19,556 bases of DNA from Trueperaceae bacterium (GTDB taxonomy: Bacteria; Deinococcota; Deinococci; Deinococcales; Trueperaceae): the NCBI GenBank assembly GCA_040905465.1, contig JBBDRK010000047.1, forward strand, positions 1 to 19,556. Reading direction: 5' to 3'. Position numbers and translations under genes: made by a program. The notes below the pieces were generated by a model that was given only the letters and a program-made list of their open reading frames with translations, was not told the origin of the DNA and did not search any database. Of the stretch, positions 1 through 6,924 are shown piece after piece (the first letter of the stretch is position 1; each line of letters begins with the position of its first letter).

Positions 1-55
<55 letters not shown>

Positions 56-67
56 AAGACAAGAGAA

Positions 68-104
68 ACGCCCACGGCCGATAAGGGCGAGGGCGTCACT
101 TTTT
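68..104 (+). terminator. Probable intrinsic terminator after the tRNA
   Basis: ACGCCC (68-73) pairs with GGGCGT (91-96) around an imperfect inner stem, followed by TTTTT (100-104). Confidence 0.55.
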
Positions 105-366
105 GCAATTGATGGGCGACGCCCTCGATCCCTCCGTTTGCCCCTGTGCGACCTAGGCGTGCTCTTCACACAGTTAAGCACAACAGTAACTACGCTCACA
201 TTACTTCCATCATACAAGCCCTTTCTGACGTCACACAGGCAACGGGGGAGCTATGTCGAACTGTCCCTGGAGAGGGACAATCGTACTTGTAATCAGCTAA
301 TGTGGTGGTGTTAGGATGAGTTTCTTGCAGAGGAGATAGATTGCACCGCTTGGGGGCGGAGGTAGT

Positions 367-780
367 GTGAATCTCATAGAGCTTAGCGTTTTGGTACCAG
401 AAGAGCGAGTTACCGAGTTTTACGTGATGCTGGGGAATTGGCTCGGCGGCAAGCCCGACCAGGCCGAGAACGGCGAGGGCTCAGGCGAAGCGGGGGGTCG
501 GCGGCGCCGGCGCGCCCGCCAGTCTCCGCGCGCGGCCCTCAACAGCCGTTATGCCGGTATCAGTGAATACCTCAAAGAGCAGAGTGGCCAGACGGCCGAA
601 GCGAGCTTCGGCGACATCGAGAAGGCGATCGGCAGCAACCTGCCGGCGTCGGCAGAACGTCACCGCGCGTGGTGGGCCAACACCGAGCGCAACACGCAGG
701 CACGCGTGTGGATGGAAGAGGGCTGGCGGGTCGACCGGGTTGACTTCGACAACCGCACGGTCTCGTTCTCGCGCAACTGA
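367..780 (+). CDS. Small protein with C-terminal DUF7662-like domain (function unknown, possibly nucleic-acid binding)
   Basis: GGAGG SD precedes the GTG. The C-terminal ~78 aa (SRYAGISEYL...SFGDIEKAIG..LPASA..HRAWWAN...QARVW.E.GWRV..VD....TV.F.R) match my recollection of the DUF7662 family. An Arg-rich linker RRRRRAR precedes the domain. Confidence 0.75.
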   Translation: MNLIELSVLVPEERVTEFYVMLGNWLGGKPDQAENGEGSGEAGGRRRRRARQSPRAALNSRYAGISEYLKEQSGQTAEASFGDIEKAIGSNLPASAERHRAWWANTERNTQARVWMEEGWRVDRVDFDNRTVSFSRN

Positions 781-805
781 CGCGCTGGCACCGGACCGTT
801 CACGG

Positions 806-1759
806 TCAGCGCGAGGCGACCTCGTCGCCTACCTCGAGTTTGGAAAGCGGCTCGCCGCTTTCCAAACAATGTTCGACGACCGCGTCCTCGAGGGTGTTCA
901 GTATTGCTGGGATATTTCCGAGACCGGAGAGAAAGCGTAAGCGCAGCACCGGTATCAGACGAGCGAGCGCAAGATAGTGCTGCATCATCCGCTTCTTCCT
1001 GTCGGAATCGCTGAGGCTGAAGCAGTAGGCGTGCGGCAAGATCGCTGAGAACGCGGCGGCGGGCATGAGTCGCTCAACTGTCGCAACTCGACTTGCGGCA
1101 CCGGCGGGAGTCTCACCAGTCTCCGCCCGCTCACCTGCCTGCCGCTCCAATACACAGATCGCCGCCAGCTCGTGTTTGCCGGTTGCAATGACCGGTCGAG
1201 GTCCCTTTACCCGAACGGACTCGCGGGACCGCTCGCCGAAATGTTCGGCTGACGCCTGTCGCAGGCGGAGGGAAAACGGTATCTGCGAAAGGATGGGATA
1301 CGGTCCGGCAACGTCGAACGCTACGGCATCATCGGCGTACAGTTCATGCCCTCGACGGGTCATCGCGTAAGCGAGCGTCGACTTGCCGGTCTCCGATACG
1401 GCACAAAGAGCAAGCACGCCCCGGGGCATCACCACGGCGCTCGCGTGAAGCACCTCGCGGCCCGCGAGCTGAAGCGCCATCGGCAGGACGGTGCGGTAGT
1501 AGGTGTCAACCACGTCCGTCGACGGGATGCTCGGGCCGGGCACCACGGTTGCACTCCCCGCGGCATCGAGCCGGAAGTCGCCTATCCCTACTATGTGCAT
1601 CCACGGTTGACCGCCGGCTACCTGACCGTAAGCGCACTCGCGGCCCTGATTGTCGCACCACACCTCGATCTCGGTGGAGGAGGAATCCCATCGCGGCGGG
1701 GCCAACACGTCGTCGAACCGTAAGCCCTCTACGGTAAGCTCGGCAGACTCGAGACTCAT
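806..1759 (-). CDS. HPr kinase-like RiPP (lasso) peptide kinase (PadeK/ThcoK/PsmK-like)
   Basis: Contains LHASAV, Walker A-like AVSETGKSTL and YADD motifs of HPr-kinase-fold proteins, directly downstream of the precursor. Start placed at ATG 1759 (GAGGAAGG SD). The upstream ATG 1813 lies inside a hairpin. Confidence 0.85.
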   Translation of the reverse strand: MSLESAELTVEGLRFDDVLAPPRWDSSSTEIEVWCDNQGRECAYGQVAGGQPWMHIVGIGDFRLDAAGSATVVPGPSIPSTDVVDTYYRTVLPMALQLAGREVLHASAVVMPRGVLALCAVSETGKSTLAYAMTRRGHELYADDAVAFDVAGPYPILSQIPFSLRLRQASAEHFGERSRESVRVKGPRPVIATGKHELAAICVLERQAGERAETGETPAGAASRVATVERLMPAAAFSAILPHAYCFSLSDSDRKKRMMQHYLALARLIPVLRLRFLSGLGNIPAILNTLEDAVVEHCLESGEPLSKLEVGDEVASR

Positions 1760-1787
1760 CGAAACCTTCCTCGGTTGAATTTGAGGC

Positions 1788-1821
1788 GCCTGGCCACGGC
1801 CGAGTTCGGCCATGACCAGGC
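1788..1821 (-). promoter_or_regulatory. 15-bp mRNA stem-loop between precursor and kinase
   Basis: The minus strand reads GCCTGGTCATGGCCG-AACT-CGGCCGTGGCCAGGC, fully paired with two U-G wobbles. No U-tract follows. Confidence 0.7.
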
Positions 1822-1837
1822 AATCGAACGGAGACGG

Positions 1838-1987
1838 TTAGAGCTTGTCTTCGAACCCGACTCCAGGCACCTTGCGGGGCTCGCCAGGATCACCGGCGGT
1901 GCCGCTGAGCTTGCCGCCTCCCAGTTGGACGACGTCACGGACGCGCCCTACGTACTTCACTTTCATGGGCTTCCAAGGCTTCTTCAT
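1838..1987 (-). CDS. Lasso-type RiPP precursor peptide, 49 aa: MKKPWKPMKVKYVGRVRDVVQLGGGKLSGTAGDPGEPRKVPGVGFEDKL
   Basis: Near-perfect SD AGGAGGTGA (2000-1992) precedes ATG 1987. The ORF lies between cyclase and kinase. The basic leader W-K-P-M-K-V-x3-G resembles the RRE-binding (Y/W)xxPxLxxxG motif, and the core is Gly/Pro-rich. Confidence 0.88.
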   Translation of the reverse strand: MKKPWKPMKVKYVGRVRDVVQLGGGKLSGTAGDPGEPRKVPGVGFEDKL

Positions 1988-2027
1988 GGTCTCACCTCCT
2001 CTCTGGTTCCTGCAACGCAGTAGGTCT

Positions 2028-3965
2028 CTAGACGCGCGGGCGAACCCACGATTCCAGGCTGAGAATTCGCCAGAGGTCATCGATGTGGCGCTTGTCACGA
2101 GAGGACACCACCTCGGCGATGAAGCGATCCAAACCGCGCGGTTCGATTATCCCGAGATCGGCCAGCGCCGGCGCCCCGCCGAGTTCTCGCCAAGCGGCGG
2201 CGCTCTGGTCGAACAGGGTCTCGGCGAAGAAATCCCGCGACAGCAGCTTCTTCTGGCGGTCGAACCCGAACCCCGGAAACCTCCGTTCCAGGTCCTCCCT
2301 CACGAGTCCCTTGCTGCGGCCGCCACGGTTCAGCAGATGCGGCGGAACTCGATAGAGGAACTCGATCAGATCCGCGTCCCAGTAGATGTCGAATTGCCTC
2401 ATGCCGAGGCGCCGACCGCTGTCGAAGATCTCCTCCACATCGAGCGCGAACAGCGGGTGTTGCAGCGAGTGCTCCATCTGGGCGAAGTAATGTCCACCAA
2501 CGCCGGGCCTCGAGGGCCGCGCCGATCGCGCCCGAGCCCGTTCTTCGATCCGCTGTTCCAGGCGTTCCCGCAGGCTGGCGTCGGGCGCCAACCAGGCAGG
2601 GATTCGGCTCAGCCTCTCGGCGATACCGTTCTCGAGTCTCCGCTCCTGGAGAGTCGGAGCGAGCGCCTCCAGAAGCTGCCGCTGTCGCGATTTGGCAAGC
2701 GGTCTCAGACCGTTTGACCACACGATGTTGCGCCACAGAGGCAGGGACGGCAATCTCAGCGAGCGCTGCAATGCCGCCGCGAAGCGCACGAGTCCGGGAA
2801 GATCGAGCGAAGCCAGCAGGTCCGCCGCCAGGAGCGGGGTGACGGTCAGCCACTCGTCCCCTCCCCCGCCCGTGAGGATCGTTCTGCAACCATGCCTTTT
2901 GCCCTCCAGCGCCAGCTGATGATAAGCGGGGAGCCACACGTTCTGCGGCGGGGCGGAGCCGCCAACGGAGAAGTCGAGGGCGGTCTGCACGAGTCCCTTT
3001 TCCCCAACGACGGAAACGAGATCCATGGTGGTGATCGGGATTCCCAGGCTGTCGGCGACTCGGCGCTGTGTCTCCTCTTCGCTGACCTCTCCGGGAAAGA
3101 GCAGTGACAGAGCTCGCGGACCGGGCGTTCCGTTGCCCCGCGAATGCTCCACGGCGGCCGCCGCCACCGACACCGAGTCGAGGCCGCCACTGAGGTAGAT
3201 TCCCGCTGGTCCTTGCCTCAACGCCCTTCCAACCGACTGGTCGAGCAAACGGCCGAACTCACCTAGCTCGCTCTCGTCGACCCACTCCGCTCCCGCCCCG
3301 ACAGGGGGCGGTCGCCAGTACCGCTCCACCCTCAACGACGTTCCGTCGGCCACCAACAGGCTGCCGGGGGGCACCCGCCGCAGGCCACGGTAAAAGGTCT
3401 CCTCCAGGCCGGGATGATGACGGGCCAGCAGGCCGGCGGCCAACGCCCGGTCCACGGCCAGTCCCGGTCCGGAAGCCCGCTCAAAAGCCTTCAGCGAGGT
3501 GGCGAACTGCAGTACGTCGTCCTGCCTGCTATAGAACAACGGAAATACTCCGACACGATCGCGCGCTGCCAGAAGCCGACTCCGGCGGCCGTCCCAGAGG
3601 CAGAAAGCAAAGGTTCCCTTCAGCCGCCGAACCGTCTGTTCACCCCAAGTGAGATGTGCAGCGAGGACCAGGTCCGCATTGTTCTGCGGCGCGTCCCGGC
3701 CGACGTCGGCAGCGGCGATGATCTCCTGCCGGTTGTATATCGTTCCCTCGAAAACCACGGCAGAACCGTGCTCGGCAGCGACTTCCGGTCGCTGGCCCGG
3801 TTGGAACCGGAGGCTCAGCACGCTACCGCCGGATGCCGCGATGGCGAGGCAGCCACGATCCTCTGCCGGCGCCGAGGCACCGTCGTCGAGGGTAACCAGC
3901 CACTCGCCGGCGAAAGGACCGGTCTGCTCGCCAGGCCGAAGCGCGGTGCTAAGCGCCATCGACAC
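2028..3965 (-). CDS. Lasso cyclase (protein C), asparagine synthetase-like ATP-dependent macrolactam synthetase
   Basis: Contains LSGGLDS PP-loop, TGGGGDE, ARDRVG..PLFY and KGLVRE motifs. It lacks the N-terminal Cys of true AsnB and is clustered with RRE and B2. Confidence 0.92.
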   Translation of the reverse strand: MSMALSTALRPGEQTGPFAGEWLVTLDDGASAPAEDRGCLAIAASGGSVLSLRFQPGQRPEVAAEHGSAVVFEGTIYNRQEIIAAADVGRDAPQNNADLVLAAHLTWGEQTVRRLKGTFAFCLWDGRRSRLLAARDRVGVFPLFYSRQDDVLQFATSLKAFERASGPGLAVDRALAAGLLARHHPGLEETFYRGLRRVPPGSLLVADGTSLRVERYWRPPPVGAGAEWVDESELGEFGRLLDQSVGRALRQGPAGIYLSGGLDSVSVAAAAVEHSRGNGTPGPRALSLLFPGEVSEEETQRRVADSLGIPITTMDLVSVVGEKGLVQTALDFSVGGSAPPQNVWLPAYHQLALEGKRHGCRTILTGGGGDEWLTVTPLLAADLLASLDLPGLVRFAAALQRSLRLPSLPLWRNIVWSNGLRPLAKSRQRQLLEALAPTLQERRLENGIAERLSRIPAWLAPDASLRERLEQRIEERARARSARPSRPGVGGHYFAQMEHSLQHPLFALDVEEIFDSGRRLGMRQFDIYWDADLIEFLYRVPPHLLNRGGRSKGLVREDLERRFPGFGFDRQKKLLSRDFFAETLFDQSAAAWRELGGAPALADLGIIEPRGLDRFIAEVVSSRDKRHIDDLWRILSLESWVRPRV

Positions 3966-4215
3966 TCAACACCTGTTCCTCTGTCAACGACTGCAGAAGC
4001 CCCTCGACCTCCGTGCGCAGCGACTCCGACTCCACGCTGTACTCGTCGGCCAGCCGCCTCTCCATCTCATCCTTGCTGAGTCCGTCGTTCGCCATCTCGT
4101 AGAGTTTGCCCGCAGTGTCGTTCAACTCGAGGATTCGATCGGTCGCCAGGTTCACCAACACCATCGACTCTCCCAGGCGCTGCGCTACCACATCAGGATT
4201 CGGTTTCCACCTCAT
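3949..4215 (-). CDS. PqqD-family RiPP recognition element (lasso B1/E protein)
   Basis: 88 aa with pattern P.VV...LGE.MVLVNL......ELNDTA..LYE....L..EY.V....LR.EV..LL..L....VL. GGGGG SD present. Overlaps the cyclase start. Confidence 0.92.
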   Translation of the reverse strand: MRWKPNPDVVAQRLGESMVLVNLATDRILELNDTAGKLYEMANDGLSKDEMERRLADEYSVESESLRTEVEGLLQSLTEEQVLSVDGA

Positions 4216-4281
4216 GCTCGCCCCCCTTTCGGTCGGTCCTCACCGGCCGCCCGGCCCGAGCCGGACTTCCGTTCCTGTCGC

Positions 4282-4782
4282 TTAGTCATGCCCATGGCCG
4301 CCGGTACCTCCACGCAGCGTCACCATGCTCTTGAACGCGAGGAGTTCGCCCCCGCCTATCAGGACTTCCTGCTGCCACTCCAGCCAGGCATGTCCTTGTA
4401 CGTCGCCACGGCTCGTGCTGGCCATGCCGACATGGACTTCTGAAGGGCTGCCTCGTTGGCGCAACAGTACCTGCAGCGCCAAGGCCCGGGTGAGGCAGGT
4501 CGCGCTCGGCACCCTGCTCGAAACGGCGGTAACGGCCCAGGCGAGTCTCCTTGCCCGATAGGACGTCAACGGGCGGGTTTCGATGCGGCGCTTCGTCAAT
4601 GCCCGGTGCAGGCGCGAAAGGGGAACCAGCCAGAGCGCGAGGCGCACGAACAGAATCACGGGCAAGACGCGCAGGAGAAGGCGTCGGTCCTCCTGGCGCA
4701 GGGTCAAAAGTTGAAGTGGCGGAATTCGGCCAATCGACGAAACCGCATGACACATTCTCGTCTTCAGCGCTGTACCAGGCAC
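4282..4782 (-). CDS. Lasso peptide leader peptidase B2 (transglutaminase-like)
   Basis: Contains ATCLTRALAL (catalytic Cys) and GHAWLE (catalytic His) motifs. Start is GTG 4782 (GAGGGG SD) or ATG 4755. Confidence 0.92.
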   Translation of the reverse strand: MPGTALKTRMCHAVSSIGRIPPLQLLTLRQEDRRLLLRVLPVILFVRLALWLVPLSRLHRALTKRRIETRPLTSYRARRLAWAVTAVSSRVPSATCLTRALALQVLLRQRGSPSEVHVGMASTSRGDVQGHAWLEWQQEVLIGGGELLAFKSMVTLRGGTGGHGHD

Positions 4783-4916
4783 CGCGGGCCCCCCCTCGGA
4801 CTAGATCGCCTACCCTCGGCGGCTTCGACTCTCGCCGCCCTCCGCTTATGTGTGTTCGAACTGTAAACCAGTGCTCAATCGGGAGATGTGCGAAGGTCAC
4901 TGGCGGCATTGTGACG

Positions 4917-4988
4917 CTGCCCGGCCCTGCCGTGCGGGCCCTGCCTATACTGCCCGCACGAAGGTCGGGGCCAGCAACAGCCGGGCAG
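4917..4988. promoter_or_regulatory. Nested inverted repeats enclosing a TATACT -10 box in the divergent B2/ABC intergenic region
   Basis: CTGCCCGGC (4917-4925) pairs with GCCGGGCAG (4980-4988). CGTGCGGGC (4931-4939) pairs with GCCCGCACG (4952-4960). TATACT is at 4946-4951. Confidence 0.5.
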
Positions 4989-5043
4989 GAGCAGTTTGGA
5001 CGGCGCCGGCGAGGCGAGGCACCAGGGAGGTCGAGGGGCGTCA

Positions 5044-6924
5044 ATGGATTCACCGGTCAGGGAGTCCGACGAGAACCGGTACGCGGAATCCACTGCGTCC
5101 ACCGGCACCTTTCTCGATCTTTTTCTGAACCTCCTGTCGTGGCGCTTCGCCGGACTCGTCCTGTTGACGCTACTGATCGCTCTGGCATCAGGAATTGCCC
5201 TGGTGATGCTCATACCGATGCTCCAGGTTGCAGGTCTGAGCGTGCCGGTCGGCGCCGGGGAACGAGTGGCTGAAACGGTTTTCACCGGCATGAAAACGCT
5301 CGGCGTAGAGCCGAACTTGCTCTCGGTGCTGGCGCTGAATCTCTTAATCGTCGCCGTAACTGCGTCGTTGTCGCGTCTTCAGGCAGTCAGCTCGGCAAGA
5401 TTCAACCAGTCGGTGGTCAGGAGCCTGCGGCTGGACCTGTACCGGAACCTCTCTCGCTCCGACTGGCTCTACTTCGCGGGGCAGCGTAGCTCTCGCTTCT
5501 CGCATATGCTGCTCGGCGAGCTCGAGCGGGTGGGCGGAGCCGTCTCCGCCCTGGTGTCGCTGCTGGTCAGCGCCGGGAGGACTCTGGTCTACACCGCCAT
5601 AGCGGTCACGCTGTCACCGATCCTCACTGGCCTCACGCTCGCCCTTGGAGGCGGCCTGTCCCTTGTCCTTCTTCGCCGTACCAGCATGGCCCGTGCTATC
5701 GGGCAGGGTGTGTCGGAGGCCTACGAGGCGCTCTACTCCACTACTGCCGAGCATCTGGCGGCCATGAAACTCACCAAGAGCCACGCGCTGGAGCCGCGCC
5801 AGACCCTCGAGTACGCGGAGGTCAGCCGTCGCGTCGAGGCGGCTCATGTCGATACCGCCCGAAATCAGGCCGACGTGACTCTATGGCTACAGGTCGGGAG
5901 CATCGCGGCGCTCAGTGCGATCGTCTATGCAGCTCTGGGTATTCTGGCGCTACCCGTTACGACCGTGCTGCTCCTTCTGTATCTGTTTTCGAGACTCCTG
6001 CCGCTCCTGGCAGGAGTGCAGAGAAACTACCAGTCGTTCATCAGCCTCCTGCCCGCCTACGGGCGGCTGAGGAGCGCATTGGAGCAGAGCGAACGCGCCC
6101 GGGAGACCGTCAGCGAGCAGATGGATCCGTTCGTGTTGAGGCGGGGGATCGAGCTCGAAGGCGTAACGTTCGAATATCCGAATGGCGACGGCGCGGCGGT
6201 CCTGGAACTCGATCTGTATTTGCCCGCCGGCCAGACGACCGCAATCGTCGGACCCTCCGGATCCGGCAAGAGTACCGTGGCCGACTTGGTGATCGGCCTG
6301 ATATCCCCAGGTGCGGGGGTGGTCGAGATCGACGGCGAGCCCCTCACGCCCCAACGGCATAGGGCCTGGCGCAGCCGCGTGGGTTACGTCTCCCAGGACC
6401 ACTTCCTCTTTCACGAAAGCATTCGCACCAATCTGTCGATTGCGCGGCCGGAGGCGAAAGAGCAGGAGCTGTGGGACGCTCTGGAATCGGCCGCGGCGGA
6501 CTTCGTCGGCGAGCTGCCAGACGGGCTGGATACCGTTGTCGGAGACCGCGGCCTGCGGCTGTCGGGCGGGGAACGGCAGCGCCTGGTACTTGCCCGCGCA
6601 CTGCTGCGCGACCCGTCCCTGCTCGTCCTGGACGAGGCGACGAGCTCCTTGGACACCGAGAACGAGGAGCGGATCAAGGAGGCCATCGATCGGCTCGCCG
6701 GCAGAATGACCATCCTGGTGATCGCACATCGCCTGGCGTCGATACGTTCAGCGCACGCGATTCACGTCCTCGAAGGGGGCCGCCTCATCGAGTCCGGGAC
6801 CTGGACGACGCTTCTCGAACGCGAGCACAGCCGCTTTCGGACGTTGGCGGCAGCGCAGGGTCTGGAACTGAATCCAATCAGTCCGACCGCGTTCGATCGG
6901 CCAGCAGAGTCCCTTCCACGCTGA
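5044..6924 (+). CDS. ABC exporter, fused permease + ATPase (lasso D-type)
   Basis: N-terminal TM helices, Walker A GPSGSGKST, Q-loop, signature LSGGERQR, Walker B LLVLDEATSSLD and H-loop IAHRL. No C39 peptidase domain is visible. Start placed at ATG 5044 after GAGGGG. Confidence 0.93.
   Translation: MDSPVRESDENRYAESTASTGTFLDLFLNLLSWRFAGLVLLTLLIALASGIALVMLIPMLQVAGLSVPVGAGERVAETVFTGMKTLGVEPNLLSVLALNLLIVAVTASLSRLQAVSSARFNQSVVRSLRLDLYRNLSRSDWLYFAGQRSSRFSHMLLGELERVGGAVSALVSLLVSAGRTLVYTAIAVTLSPILTGLTLALGGGLSLVLLRRTSMARAIGQGVSEAYEALYSTTAEHLAAMKLTKSHALEPRQTLEYAEVSRRVEAAHVDTARNQADVTLWLQVGSIAALSAIVYAALGILALPVTTVLLLLYLFSRLLPLLAGVQRNYQSFISLLPAYGRLRSALEQSERARETVSEQMDPFVLRRGIELEGVTFEYPNGDGAAVLELDLYLPAGQTTAIVGPSGSGKSTVADLVIGLISPGAGVVEIDGEPLTPQRHRAWRSRVGYVSQDHFLFHESIRTNLSIARPEAKEQELWDALESAAADFVGELPDGLDTVVGDRGLRLSGGERQRLVLARALLRDPSLLVLDEATSSLDTENEERIKEAIDRLAGRMTILVIAHRLASIRSAHAIHVLEGGRLIESGTWTTLLEREHSRFRTLAAAQGLELNPISPTAFDRPAESLPR

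Noticed and set aside
1988-2098. N-terminal extension of the precursor ORF (86-aa version)
   Set aside because: It overlaps the cyclase 3' end. The strong SD directly before ATG 1987 defines the 49-aa form.
2028-3965. Housekeeping asparagine synthetase AsnB
   Set aside because: It lacks the N-terminal catalytic Cys and is flanked by RRE, B2 and a precursor, so it is a RiPP cyclase.
4818-4846. GGCGGC-TTCGACT-CTCGCCGCCCTCCGCT resembles a tRNA/tmRNA T-arm and 3' end (possible att remnant)
   Set aside because: It has no proper 5-bp T-stem with 7-nt loop and no CCA, matches the tRNA-Ser 3' end poorly, and lies mid-cluster rather than at an island edge. It is better explained as a simple hairpin.
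5044-6924. Peptidase-containing transporter cleaving at the precursor's Gly-Gly motif
   Set aside because: No N-terminal C39 domain is present. The TM region begins within ~25 residues of the start.
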